64,000 nt of DNA from Neophaeotheca triangularis (GCA_054600435.1 BAAIJX010000042.1:62001-126000); one strand, 5' to 3'; numbered from the stretch's first letter, positions 47,011-59,010 are shown. The notes: generated by a model from the sequence alone, not told the origin. Numbers and translations are program-made.

Positions 47011-48646
47011 ATGATGATGACCCAATCCTACTTCGCCAACGGAGAGTTCGACCCGTTCCATCAGGCCAACCACAGAGTTTTGCCGAACCATCATCACAGC
47101 AACTACGAACGCTCCCTTCCATACGACTACTACGACGGGCATCGCTCTTCTTACCCTGATCATGGCAGTCGACCCACTCGAATCCCCATTAATCACCCTC
47201 AGGGCAACAACGATAGTGCGCAGGAGAGGAAGCGTATCTCGGTTGCAGTGAGTCTCGATCTTTTAGTATGGGAGCATCAGCCGCTGATCTTGAACAGTGC
47301 TCACGATGCAGAAGGAGAAAGATCAAATGCAGTGGTGAACTCAAAGACGGGCCGGGATGCCAGGCTTGTAGGGCTTCAGGCGCCGATGTTTCCCAGTGCA
47401 GTTTTATTCGAGTGAGTTTGTCCGCTTCGGTTTTGGAAGTTGGCGGCTAACCTTTGATTAGGTCGGGAGTTTTACCCCTGCTGGCGCTGATGCCGTCCAC
47501 CCGATCCAGAGTAGAGAGGGCGCTGGCACTACCTACTCTTCCAGCTACCCAGACGCTTCTTCAGCTTCAAACTACAACCAGACCCTCTACCACAGGCCTT
47601 CAATACCCACGCTTCAAACTCGTTCCGCCTACGCCACCGACTATGACAGCCAGTACGAGAACTCTCCGGTCGACGGCTATTCTTACTCCACTGGTCGACA
47701 AGATTCCTTTACAGGCTCATACGGCCAGCCAGAGAACTACCGTTCCTGGACCGCAGCCGCTCCAGTACCTGCATCTGTGAGCAACGGCACCTACTATGAG
47801 CCGCACTATGTTTACAACTACGGCAACGTCAACATGCAAAGTCCAGCCTACTCGCAAAGCCGCAACAGCCGCCTGCCCAGCGTGACGAGCGACAATAACT
47901 ACTCTTCACTCAACATGTCCGTTTTACAATCTTGTCTGCCGCCAGCAGACCGTCAGCTCCCCAAACCATGTCCACAGTACCAAACCCAACCAACATACCC
48001 CGTCACCGAAGTTCCAGTCATCCCACCCATCGCAGCCCCTCGTCCTCACATCAACGGCATCCACAGCCGCACCGCCATCCCTTGGTCCACCGACAGCAAC
48101 CCGTCACTCGTCCGGCAATCTTCTCGAAACAGCCTCGCTGCTCTCGGCGGCATCATGACCACCACCAGTGCTCCCTCGACCACTAACCCCGTAACCGAAT
48201 CGGCTTTCGGCTACCAATTCGCCCCCAACACCCTCCTACCGCCTCAACCCAACAGCCCCGTCTCCCCTTCCAGCGGCCCAGGAGCCCCCAACAACTCGCC
48301 CCCCTACCACACTTCATCAGCCCCGGAAACCTTCGGCACACTCTCCATGCGTCCACCCACATGCTGCACGCCCCGCCTCCAACCCGACCTCATCGAAGAA
48401 CGTCCCCTTTCCTCCTCCCACGACCCGGCTGCCAGTCTCTACTCTTTCAGCACCGACAACACTCACGAGACCAGGGCTGCTCAGCAGACTCCCGCTGGCT
48501 CTAGAAGACCTTCGCAACAGCAGCCGCAGCATGTCAGTAGTCTGGACAGCTTGAGGCGACAGGCGAGCTTTGAGCAGCAGCAGCATCAGCAGCAGCGTGG
48601 TGCTGGTCACCGCATCTCCGTCTCGAATTTGAACAGTCAGTACTGA
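47011..48646 (+). CDS. Zn(II)2Cys6 transcription factor with low-complexity C-terminus (~511 aa)
   Basis: Exons 47011-47247, 47298-47411, 47462-48646 give RKRISVA-CSRCRRRKIKCSGELKDGPGCQACRASGADVSQC. Spliced length 1536 nt is in frame. Confidence 0.88.
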
Positions 48647-49000
48647 GATTATCTGCTGCATTGCTTTGAGATCTATTCGAGAAAGTCTCTTCGCCAGAGG
48701 TCAAAGCATGGTCTTGCTCCACACCTCGCCCGCTTTCATGGTCTCCCGACATTATGCGCTCTGAACCCCAACCGAGAAGCCACCAGGGCAGAGCGGACTC
48801 ATGGCTCCAACGGAACCCTCGTGGAGACAAGTGCTCCCGGCTGTTACAACAAGGAAACCTAAGAAAAACCAACTCCCCTTCACCATCCACGCGTACTTCT
48901 TTTTGATTCGTTACCCTTTTATCACGTGTTTCAGGCATTCCAGCAAGCGGCGGAGTTTCTTGTTAATCACTTTGGTTCCATCGAGCAAGTGTCTTTTGTA

Positions 49001-49111
49001 CCACTACCATCACCACCACCACCACCATCAACAACATCACCATCAACAACATAACCGTCAACAACGTCACCATCATCATCATCATCACCATCAATCATCA
49101 TCATCCCCACC
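49001..49111. repeat. Compound (CAC/CAT/CAA)n microsatellite
   Basis: Direct reading of caccaccaccaccatcaacaacatcaccatcaac... downstream of the transcription factor. Confidence 0.9.
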
Positions 49112-49549
49112 ACTAAAACCCCACCAGCCGTCACCAGCCATAAGCACACAAAGCCATCCCCAGCTCCGCGGTCTAAACCCGCCGGCCGCAATCGAATTCT
49201 CACGGGAAGAGAAAAAAAAAGGCTAACGATCAGCACGAAACCAGGACGGGGACGGCGCTTGGGGGGAACATAGGGAGGGGCTTGGGAGAGACTTGGTGGG
49301 TTTGGTTAAGAGAGGCTTAGGGGGTTAGGTTGGAGTTACAGAATTTTTTGCTACGGATCTCTCTGATGGCGGGTTTGTAACGCGGGAGTGTACGAGTTCG
49401 AGGGATTTGGTCTGGAGGAGTGGATTGGGAGAGGGGGGGTTCTTTTTTGGGGGATGGATGGAAGCGAGGTGCGGGAGGGTAGGGTAGGGAGGTACAGTAG
49501 ATAGAGGTGCGAAATCTCGGTTCTTTTTTTTTTTTTTTGCCTTTCTCAG

Positions 49550-49605
49550 TTTGATTTCGGTTTGATTTCGGTTTGATCTCAATTTGATTTCGTTCTGATT
49601 TTGGT
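49550..49605. repeat. Degenerate 11-bp tandem repeat (TTTGATTTCGG)
   Basis: Two perfect and about three degenerate units read directly. Confidence 0.75.
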
Positions 49606-50137
49606 AGTTAGATGTTACGTTTTGTCCTCCTTTTGGCTTTCGCAATTTTGTTCTCGTGGCGCTGGGAGCGTTGACTTGGCTCTCGCTGTGTCGTGTCGGA
49701 GCCAGTGGACGGGTGGAATTTCCCCGGCTATGAATGCTGGGGTTTTGGTGGTACTCGTGGGGTGATGACGGTTGAGAAAGAGCCCCCCGGTGGTGCGATG
49801 ATGAATAGTGCTTTTGGGAGATAGCTTGTATAACAGTGACTTCCACCTTGACCCGTCCCACTGATGAGAGTACCCGAACGCACGACAGCGTGGTCACGGC
49901 ACGTTGGAAGAAAGCATGATAATCATGGGTTCGATTCTCATCGTCTATCTCATCCGATCCCATTGCCAAAAGCACGCGGTACAAAAGCAAGAAACAAGAA
50001 ACAAGTAAACTTTTTTTTTCTCTTCCGCCTCGTCCTCTTGCCATACCATGCAATGCAACACTTTCTCAGCCTACGCACGCGAGCATTGCAAGACACCCAC
50101 CACCGTCACCACCCAACCCAACAACAACCCTCTTCCC

Positions 50138-53100
50138 CTAGGCCCACATAGCCCTAAACTTAACGTTAAACTCCTTATGCAAAAGCGTAAGCGCCTTGTA
50201 AACATTGCGCAAACCCTCCTTATCCTCCTTCTCCCAAGCGGGCGCCTCGGCAGCCTCGGCTTCGAACCGCTTCGCCCGCTCCTCCGCCTTCTCTCTGGCA
50301 CCAACAATGGCCTCCTCCTCATCAGCAACCTCCTCCCAAGAATCGACATTCTTTGCCTTTTTCTTGGGAACAATGGGTTTAGTCGTATCGGCACCGGACG
50401 GGTTAGTAAGCGGGTCCGAGACGGCCAGCTCGTTGGAAGCCGGCGATTCCGAAGCGGCTTGTTTGTCGTCTTCGGCTTCTTCGTGAGCGTCGAGGTTGCC
50501 CATGACTTCGAGCATGTCTAGGTCGGAAGAGCCGGGTTTGAGTTTCATGAAGTTGGCGAGCGAGGTGAGGATGGTGGCGAGGACGAGGGAGAAGTCGTTG
50601 AGTAAGAACCAGATGTCGGCGCGGCGGACGCCGTTGGCGCGCTCAATGGTGTGCACGTCGCCGTGTTTGTAGAAGTCGAGGAGCCAGGCGTTGAGGGGGC
50701 TGTCGGTTTCGGCTGGGTAGAGGCCGAGGTGTGGGATTACGGCTTCTTCTAAGAAGACGCCGCTGCGGGTTGTGCTGCAGAGGCTGTGAATGGAGTCGAA
50801 GGTGTCACCGGCGCCGGAGAGGGCGACAAATGGGGAGCGAGTCTTGACTGCGGGTAGGGAGTTGAGGGTGTTGGAGGCGGCTGTTTGGTCTTCGGAGCCC
50901 GCTCGCATGCCCGTCAAGGGGAGCTTGGTGTCAGGCTCTTTGATGTGTTGTTGGACGAAAGTTTCGACGTAGGTTCGGAAGACATCGAGGGTTTGTTGAT
51001 TGTGGTCTTGTAGGATCTTGGCCGCCTTCTCGGGGAGTGGTGGCAAGAAGACGATGGAGGAGCTTGGCTTGACGACCTTTTGTCTGTACTCTTCGTCTGC
51101 TTGACGGCAGTAGATGCGGTTAAAGAGATGAGCCATAACAAGCATGAGGTTCTCGAGGGTGTTCTTCTCATCCTTGTCGATATTGGCGCACAACTCATGG
51201 AGGTAGCCTTCCTTGAGCAGGGCGTGGAATGCAAAGGAGGAGTTCTCTGTGAAGTAGAGATGCGAGACCAGACCGGCAAAGTTCAAGGTCGCTCCTTCAG
51301 CGCTGAGCAGGTACTGACGACGCAGGTACTCAATCGAGAAACGCAAGTGGTGCATTGTCTGGTCCTTGAACGAGGGACCGCCCATGTACAACCTAGGCTG
51401 CGACAGCAAAGCATTGATGGCAGTCACGGCATACTTTGCGTTCTTCGATTCATGCAGTAGAGTGAACAACCGCAACACCAGCGTAGTCGTGATGGGGAAA
51501 TGACCGTTCAGATCAGGCAACCTCGAGCTCAATAGTCTGCAAACTTTCGGCCTCGACACACCCTGAAAGACGACATTGCCGAGCAAGTCAAATCCACGAC
51601 GACCGGCACGACCAGCGCATTGGCGGTAGTTGAGCGCGGTCAAGAAGACCGAATCGCCACTGAAGACGACAGTCTTACATGGCATGTTGATACCCAGGGC
51701 AAGAGTGCCGGTGGCAACAACGCAGCGGAGGAAACCCTTGCGGAACAGGATCTCAACAATCTGACGGTACTTGCGGTTCATACCAGCGTGGTGGACGCCC
51801 ACACCGCGCTTGATGGCGTCGATGAGCCACTGCTGGATGTTGCGGCGTCCGAGTTGGCGAGTGTACTCCTGCAGCTCCGACAATTGCAGTCGCTTGTGAT
51901 CGGCGAAGTGGTAGCCGTCTACGGGAGCCTCGGGGTCGAAGTTGTCCCAGAAGCTGCTGTCGGCGCCAGCATCGTCACGAGCTTGGTCTGATTTGGACAT
52001 TTTGTCACCCTCAGCTTCCTCGCGGTCCTCCTTGGACTTTTTGCCACTAGCCTTGGGAGCCTTGGACTTCTTCGAAGCCAGCTTCTCCTGGATCTTCTTC
52101 CATTCTTCCCAGCGTTGCAAAGTGCGCTGCCACTGGGGGCTGTTCTCCTTGTACGCCGCTTCCGTCTTTTGCAACTGGCCAACCACAGTCCTGCAGACCT
52201 TTTCACACATATGACGGTCGTAGTTGAACAAGATGGCGGGCAGAGCATCCTGCTCGTGCAATCTGCACAGCAAAGCGAGGGTGGTGTTTTGCAGTTTGTC
52301 CTCCCCGGACTCGCTGATAGCCATTTGCGTTTTCGGTTTCTTGCCGTCTTGCTCTTGCGTGACGTAGGAAGGCTCACGTTCAGTGCTTCGGAAGCTCGCT
52401 TCGAGCTCTTTGAGGACCTTGTCGTAAGGTGAGGCAGGGTCACTGATCCACGCGCGGAGAAGCTCCTTCAAACTCTTTTCCCAGCCCAGGATGTCTGCCT
52501 TGCGCGAGATGTCCGGAAGCAAAGGACCCGGGTCTAGCTCCTTGGGAACGGGAAACTTCTCAGTCTGATGCTTGGTCATTGCTTGCCACAAGAAGTAGCA
52601 GTCACGAGGCTCGAGACTGAAATCTTCCGGAATGCGGCGCGAACGATCGACAAGACCAGCCACAGGATGGATGTAGTTGAAGCCGACAGTACCATCCAGA
52701 CCAAGACTGCCAAAAGTAGCCCTCTCTGGCAAGCCGTTAAAAACAAATTTCTTCGGTGGGACGTAGTAGTATTTGCGAAGATCCGAGTAACGGTGGGGGT
52801 GCTGGACCATTGTCAAGTCTTGCCCGATAGCCTTTTGCGTAGAAGTGAGCCATCCGTTGAACTCTTGAGGGTTTCCGACGGTGGCGGAAAGAGCGATGAT
52901 CGGGCAGGGCGCAAGCAAAAGGAGCTGCTCCCAGACTACACCGTCCTCTGCTTGTCCGATAGAGTGTACTTCATCGAAAATGATGCGCTTCACGCGCGGA
53001 GCCCAAGAGCTGGCATGGGAGGGTGCGAGAAGCATGATTTGTAGAACATGGGGGACGGTGACAAGCACTTGACAACCGGTGGGGTTGTTAATGCGGTAGT

Positions 53101-55768
53101 CTCTTGTGTGGATAGCCCAAACGGACTTGCCACCATACTTGAACTTCTTCGAGTAACGAGCTTGAATTTCGGCAGCAATTTGGTTGACAAGTGCCTTTGT
53201 CGGGGCGACGTAAACAAGCACACCGTCGTCGTCGGACTCCAGAATCTTCCTCATGGCGTAAAAGGAGATGAAAGTTTTACCAGCTGAAGTTGGGGCAACG
53301 ACGAACAAGCTACGATTAGCATCAATACCGTCGAGCACCCGTCTTTGCCAACCGTCTGGTTGGAACTCAACGCGGTTGTCAGGAGCGGAGTCAAAGCTGC
53401 GATCCATGTAAGGGCCAGCGTGAAGCAACTGGAAGTCTTTCGAAGACTGGTTGATGGACAAGGTGTCGACCTTGGCGCGGGTAGGCAGGGCAAAAGCGAA
53501 TGGAAGCTTTCGATCGGTGGTGACCTGAGGGATAGGGAAGGACGGTAGGCCAAGGGTCTTGACGGTGAGCTCGATGCTCGACACGATTGTCTTTGTCAGG
53601 CTAGCATTTCCATTGGCGATATTGCGGGCTGAGCTCCAGATCAATGCAGCAACACCTGCTCGGCGTTTTTGCTCCTTGTTACGACAGATTTCGACCCAGG
53701 ACGTCAAAAGAACACTCAAGAGGTAGAGGTCTACTTCGGCGCCTATTTGCTCTTTCCATAGAGGTTGTAGGTTGGCAGCGTAATCTCTGGCTTTGAAGTA
53801 TCGCATGCGCAAATCACGCTCCGCCTCGAGGTTCTTGCAAGTGACGTGCCAGGAGTTGACAACTTTGTCGCCAGTTGCTTCCTCTTTCTTGGCTTTGTTG
53901 GCGGCGATCTGGTTCATCATAGCCTGCTTCCCAGCGTTTTGCTTTGCATTTTTGCCACCACCTCCCTTCTTTGGCTCCGGTTTATTCTTGGCAGGCTTCC
54001 CACTATCTGACTCCTCAGAGATGGCAGGCGAAGCTGATCTACTGGTCGGCTTCGAGGCACCGCCAACGACGATGGTCTCAGGATCCAGGCTCTTCCCGAC
54101 AGCATTTGTTAAACTGGCAGCGTAAGTCCTCATCTCAGCCATGAACCATTGGTTGCGCTTGTCAGCCCACTTTGCGTCCTTGGCTTGCTGAGGAGTCGGT
54201 GGCCCCTTGACGATGATGGGCTTCTTTGCGTTGTGCCAATGTGTGACTTCTTGGAAGATCTTTGACGACGACCTGCTGATGTCGGCTGTGGCGTGGTTAT
54301 CGACCTTGATCTGTACGGGGTCCAAATGCTTGTCGAAGACCGAGTTGGAGAATGGCAAAACTGCGATGCTCTTGTTCTCAAGCCCAGCTGTGACTGCCCC
54401 ATCTGTCTTCGCTGCTTCTTCCTCGCGCTTTGTTGGAGCTGCAGGAGAGATGCCACACAAGTTCTTGACCGATTTGGTAAGGTTGTCGAGAGTTTCGCGC
54501 ACAGGCGGAGCCAGCGAGTTTAGATCAAAGGCCCTCAGTGTCTGGTTGAAGAGGCGACCATCGACAAAGTCTGCCACGTCGCAGTCTTTGGTCGTCTTCG
54601 TGATCGTGCTCGCCCAAGCGGAGTTCCCCAGAACTGCTTCTGCGACACAGTTGAGTCGTTCCATGAAGCTCTCTGAGCCCGCAGCACCAGCCGACAAGCG
54701 ACGGGCCGACAGAGGCAAATGCGCAAGAAGGGCCTCGTGTACAAGGAAAGAAGCACATAGCTCTGGCCAGTTCTCGGAACCGGCATCAGACGGAGGGCTC
54801 TTAAGTAACCGACTGATGACAAGCGCAGCGAGGACCTGTCTCTCAGAAAGTGCCCTGGTACCGCCTAGCTTGGAGAGTTCCTCCTCAATGCTGAAGTCGA
54901 TAGCGGCGGGCTTTGATTGGCTGGGAGAACGTAGTGATGTTTCCATCTGCCTTCCTCTTCGCTCCAAGACCATGGTCATGACTTTGGTATCCCTCCACTC
55001 GAGTCCATTGACCAAGGCCACATTGTAGCCTGTCGTAGCAAACTTGAGAATCATCTGGCGCAGCCCGACACGTTGGGAGCTGTGGGAGTCCGGAGCTAGC
55101 GAATCCTGTTTTTTGTTGATAAACTTGCCCGTTCGCTGTGTTGCGTGGGCGCCATCGTGGCACATGATGAAGTAGACACCGGTTTCGTTGAGGTACTGTC
55201 CGAACTGCTCTCCGTCGTAGGAGTCAAAGTGGTGAACGGCAATATTCAGCTGTGATGTTTGGAGGTGGGCTTGTAGGTGACGGATGATGGCTGCTCGGGC
55301 TAGGTAGTATTTGGCCGCGTCTGTGTCGCTTGTTCCAGTTGGGACGCAATAGTCTCTGCTAGAGTCGAAGAATGCCAGGTGGAAGTTGCATTTGCGTTTG
55401 ACGAGTTGGTGGAGAAATTGCTCCACGTTCCACACGGCGTGTAGCAACTGGAAGCCATGGTGAAAATCAAGCTCGTTTTCCGTAAAGCATCGTAGTAGAA
55501 GCGAGTCTCCCTCGATGACGAAAAGCTCGTCGCCCGCGTAGTCGCCAACTAGGTCGACTCTTCTACAAAGCAGTTTCCTGTAGCTTAGTAGGACCTTTTC
55601 GTCGTAATCTTCATCGGTCTTTTCATTCAATTCGAGCTCTTCAAACTCTTCCTCAAGCTCGTCGGTGTCTGCGGTGCTGGAGGTGTCGGAAGTGGCGTCG
55701 GATTCATCTTCACTCGACTTCAGGTAGTCCTCCTCACTGCTCGAGGTGGTACTGCTGTTGTCTGCCAT
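50138..55768 (-). CDS. Large Ski2-like DExH RNA helicase, DDX60-like (1876 aa)
   Basis: Intronless. FQPDGWQ, APTSAGKT, YVAPTKALVNQ, IFDEVH, SAT, GVHHAGM, TLALGINMP and QCAGRAGRRGFD; N-terminal DYAGDELFVIEGDSLL and C-terminal LNAWLLDFYKHG segments recall DDX60. Confidence 0.9.
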   Translation of the reverse strand: MADNSSTTSSSEEDYLKSSEDESDATSDTSSTADTDELEEEFEELELNEKTDEDYDEKVLLSYRKLLCRRVDLVGDYAGDELFVIEGDSLLLRCFTENELDFHHGFQLLHAVWNVEQFLHQLVKRKCNFHLAFFDSSRDYCVPTGTSDTDAAKYYLARAAIIRHLQAHLQTSQLNIAVHHFDSYDGEQFGQYLNETGVYFIMCHDGAHATQRTGKFINKKQDSLAPDSHSSQRVGLRQMILKFATTGYNVALVNGLEWRDTKVMTMVLERRGRQMETSLRSPSQSKPAAIDFSIEEELSKLGGTRALSERQVLAALVISRLLKSPPSDAGSENWPELCASFLVHEALLAHLPLSARRLSAGAAGSESFMERLNCVAEAVLGNSAWASTITKTTKDCDVADFVDGRLFNQTLRAFDLNSLAPPVRETLDNLTKSVKNLCGISPAAPTKREEEAAKTDGAVTAGLENKSIAVLPFSNSVFDKHLDPVQIKVDNHATADISRSSSKIFQEVTHWHNAKKPIIVKGPPTPQQAKDAKWADKRNQWFMAEMRTYAASLTNAVGKSLDPETIVVGGASKPTSRSASPAISEESDSGKPAKNKPEPKKGGGGKNAKQNAGKQAMMNQIAANKAKKEEATGDKVVNSWHVTCKNLEAERDLRMRYFKARDYAANLQPLWKEQIGAEVDLYLLSVLLTSWVEICRNKEQKRRAGVAALIWSSARNIANGNASLTKTIVSSIELTVKTLGLPSFPIPQVTTDRKLPFAFALPTRAKVDTLSINQSSKDFQLLHAGPYMDRSFDSAPDNRVEFQPDGWQRRVLDGIDANRSLFVVAPTSAGKTFISFYAMRKILESDDDGVLVYVAPTKALVNQIAAEIQARYSKKFKYGGKSVWAIHTRDYRINNPTGCQVLVTVPHVLQIMLLAPSHASSWAPRVKRIIFDEVHSIGQAEDGVVWEQLLLLAPCPIIALSATVGNPQEFNGWLTSTQKAIGQDLTMVQHPHRYSDLRKYYYVPPKKFVFNGLPERATFGSLGLDGTVGFNYIHPVAGLVDRSRRIPEDFSLEPRDCYFLWQAMTKHQTEKFPVPKELDPGPLLPDISRKADILGWEKSLKELLRAWISDPASPYDKVLKELEASFRSTEREPSYVTQEQDGKKPKTQMAISESGEDKLQNTTLALLCRLHEQDALPAILFNYDRHMCEKVCRTVVGQLQKTEAAYKENSPQWQRTLQRWEEWKKIQEKLASKKSKAPKASGKKSKEDREEAEGDKMSKSDQARDDAGADSSFWDNFDPEAPVDGYHFADHKRLQLSELQEYTRQLGRRNIQQWLIDAIKRGVGVHHAGMNRKYRQIVEILFRKGFLRCVVATGTLALGINMPCKTVVFSGDSVFLTALNYRQCAGRAGRRGFDLLGNVVFQGVSRPKVCRLLSSRLPDLNGHFPITTTLVLRLFTLLHESKNAKYAVTAINALLSQPRLYMGGPSFKDQTMHHLRFSIEYLRRQYLLSAEGATLNFAGLVSHLYFTENSSFAFHALLKEGYLHELCANIDKDEKNTLENLMLVMAHLFNRIYCRQADEEYRQKVVKPSSSIVFLPPLPEKAAKILQDHNQQTLDVFRTYVETFVQQHIKEPDTKLPLTGMRAGSEDQTAASNTLNSLPAVKTRSPFVALSGAGDTFDSIHSLCSTTRSGVFLEEAVIPHLGLYPAETDSPLNAWLLDFYKHGDVHTIERANGVRRADIWFLLNDFSLVLATILTSLANFMKLKPGSSDLDMLEVMGNLDAHEEAEDDKQAASESPASNELAVSDPLTNPSGADTTKPIVPKKKAKNVDSWEEVADEEEAIVGAREKAEERAKRFEAEAAEAPAWEKEDKEGLRNVYKALTLLHKEFNVKFRAMWA

Positions 55769-56362
55769 GATTTGTACTAGCAGTTGTAGCGGAATTGGCA
55801 AAAAATCGGAAGTTGGTGTGGGAGGGATGTATGTAGTAGAGTTGTTTGATGCTTTCTCGCAGCTCAGCTTTACCTTGATTCGATAGATTGAGGTTGAGCG
55901 TCGTCCAGGCCAGGCAGGATAACGGGCTTAGCCGGAGCTAGTGTTTAGGTGAGAGTAACGCACCAAGTACCTATACTGGATGGTACTAGTATTCCCTTCT
56001 CTTCACTACCTCGGTACTGACAGGCAATATCATGGAAGAAATGACTGTCTGTCGATTGATTCGGTCGAATAACCACCATTCGAATAAGTATGCCTCAGGC
56101 GGGAATAGATAGAGACAACGCACACCGACGAAGCGAAGATAGCCAAGGCGGGCATACATACTTAAGTACCTTATCTACTACTTGGATAGAGGTAGTCGTT
56201 ATCGATAAAGAGATACCGCACCTTACGTGAGGTGGGGTGGGGTTGGAGAGCCCCGCCCCGCGCCATCCACTATTGCCAAGGACGCTCACCGCCACCACCG
56301 CCACCACTATCGACACGTGGGAAACGACGACTACATAAGGTACCTTCCAGATTATACCTACA

Positions 56363-56408
56363 TACCTACTAGTATACATACCTACTAGTAGGTATGTACT
56401 AGTAGGTA
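56363..56408. repeat. Near-perfect DNA palindrome in the divergent helicase/dehydrogenase intergenic region
   Basis: Perfect 24-bp palindrome TACATACCTACTAGTAGGTATGTA (56375-56398), extended by TACCTACTAG/CTAGTAGGTA arms with a 2-nt bulge. Confidence 0.9.
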
Positions 56409-56836
56409 CGGTACGGTAGGTTAGGTACCGGGAGGAGCAAGAAAGAAACCGTACGTATATGTAGGTAAGGTAGCTAAGGTACCGTGTTCAACACACAAAC
56501 AACAACTGCCGGCGTTCAGCGTAATGAGCAACCCTTGCTTCATCGCGCAGTGGGGAGCTTCATGTCGTCACAGTCGACGATTTCGAGCCTCGCCTATCGA
56601 CATATGACATCGATATTTGTATATCCCTGAGCTGGTGCTATACTAGACTACCTGCACTAGTACTGACTTCCAATACCTACCCAACATCCACGTGGGCCAA
56701 GTGAATAAAGAGGCCAATCCAAGTCGCCTTCCATTTCTTTCCTTCCCTATCTCTTCATCTTCCCTTTCGCACCACCCAAACCCAATCTTCCCCCTCTTCT
56801 ACCAACAAGAAGCCCCCCCTCAATAAACCCTTCAAC

Positions 56837-58242
56837 ATGGCAATGTCTCAGGCAGCAGCAAAGGCCGAGGAGAAGATTGGCCACGGTGACAATGCCCGCA
56901 CCGTACAAGACGTGACAAACCCAGCAAGGAATCGTGAGAAGTATGGCGACCCCAACGAGACGAGTAAGCCCAACCCAAGCCGCTTCCTCCTCTTCCGAAC
57001 CTTCCAACTAACACCCCACCCCCAGTGAAGGCGCTTGCCTGGATGGGCAAGAACGACGTCCAAGTCATCGAATGCCCCAAACCCAAAATCATCGAAGACC
57101 GCGACGTCATCCTCAAAATCACCGGCAGCACCGTCTGCGGCTCTGATCTGCACCTCCTCCACGGCAGCGTTGTGGAATTGGAAAAAGGCGATATTCTCGG
57201 CCACGAGTTCTGCGGTGTCATTGACGACATGGGCTCGGCGGTCAAGGGCTTCAACAAGGGCGACCGCGTCGTGGCTTCCTTCCAGATCGCTTGCGGTGAC
57301 TGCATGTACTGCCAGAAGAAGTTGTCCTCGCAGTGCTGCCGTACAAACTCCAACACCATCGAAAACGCCATGTACGGCGGCCGTACGGCTGGCATGTTCG
57401 GCTACTCGCACTTCACGGGCGGTTTCGCAGGCGGACAAGCCGAGTACACCCGGGTCCCCTTTGGCGACGTGAACCTGCTCAAACTCCCCGATGACGTCCC
57501 CGACGAAAAGGGCCTGTACCTCTCCGACGTCGTCTCGACCTCGTGGAACTGCGTCGTCGACACAGGCGTCAAGGAAGGCGACGTGGTAGCCATCTGGGGC
57601 GCCGGCCCGATTGGGCAAATGTGCGCCGACTTCGCCTTTATGAACGGCGCCGCGCGCGTCATCATGATCGACCAGAACTGGCGCCTCGACTTCGTCAAAT
57701 CCAAATACCCCCGCGTCGAGCTCGTCGACTACAGCCAGCTCTCGGGCACGAAAGCCGTCGTCAGCAAACTCAAAGAAATGTGCGACGGGCACGGCCCGGA
57801 CGTCGCTCTCGAGTGCGTCGCGGGCGAGTACCCAAAAGGCTGGCTGCACACGATCGAAATGGCGGCGGGTCTCGAAACAGACACTTCGGAGATCATCAAC
57901 GAGATGATCGAATCGGTCAAGAACTACGGCCGCTGCGGTGTCACGGGCGTCTACGTGGGCTACACCAACCACTTCAACATCGGCTCGCTCATGGAGCGCG
58001 GCATCCGGCTCATCGGCAACGGCCAAGCTCCTGTGCACTTGTACTGGAACGAGCTGCTCGAGCGGATTCAGAAGGGGGAAATCGACCCGCTCAAAATGGT
58101 CACGCACCGCGTCACCATGGAGGATTTGGCAAAGGTCTACTACAAGTTCGAGCAGAAGGAGGACGGGATGCAGAAGGTTTTTGTCGAGACGCGCTTCTCG
58201 CAGCCGGCTTGCGCGGGTAGTCCGGCTTTGACCAAGTACTAG
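56837..58242 (+). CDS. Zinc-dependent medium-chain dehydrogenase (formaldehyde/S-(hydroxymethyl)glutathione dehydrogenase-like), ~447 aa
   Basis: Exons 56837-56963 and 57026-58242. CGSDLH, GHE, structural Zn site CGDCMYC-x7-C and GAGPIG. Confidence 0.9.
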
Positions 58243-59010
58243 GTGGGTTCGCGCGTAGAGGGCAGGAGGGAGAGGCCCGGTTAGTTGGTGGGCGGGTGAG
58301 ATTGACGGAGAAGGAAGATAGATACCCGGAGGGATTGATAAACCACCAGAATGACACTTTTTTTTTCTTCTTTCTTCAAATTCAACTCCGTCCCCCCATT
58401 CCCAGTGTCGTGTTAGTTAAAAATCTCCCCCAGCTCTAATCTTCCAGTGACCATAAACACCCTCCCGTCTGAACCCTCACGCCGCTCTCTCGAAAGTTGA
58501 AACATCGGGCGACAACACCTCCCAGCTCGAGCTGGAGCATTGCAGGGGAAGAAGAAAAAAAAAAAAAAAGAACAACCCCCCCTTCTCAGAGCGGCAAAAT
58601 ATGGAACATGGCGTTGGGTTAGTGGGTAGCGACAGGATGGTACAGCGAAGTGAGAGAGTTTCGGCAAATCGCCAGTAAATGAGCAATCCGCTTACGGATG
58701 TCATAGATACCTGAGGTATCTATTCATATTTACCTAGCCTTTTGGCGCGGGCGTGGGTGCGGACGACTGGTGAGTTTCTTGCTTTCGTCAAGTCTTGCTT
58801 TCACGAAGTTGAGATGGGAAAGGAAAAGGCGAACGACACGAGAGAGCAGTGATAGTGGAAAAGAGCGTGGGGGATCTAGAATTTCTTAAAGCATACGATA
58901 CCGCCTTGCTTGAAAAAGCGTCGAAATTCCAAGAAAGGGGGGAAAAAAAAACTTGCTCACTCCTTTCCTTCCATCTATTCTAAATCCCCTTCCACCCTTG
59001 CCTCGGCGGC

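Noticed and set aside
49880..49955. tRNA-like T-arm ATGGG-TTCGATT-CTCAT
   Set aside because: No pairing acceptor stem, D-arm or 7-nt anticodon loop could be built; at most a relic.
48801..50053. His-rich ORF 48801-49226 and ORF 49325-50053
   Set aside because: Products of microsatellites and homopolymer runs between two convergent genes.
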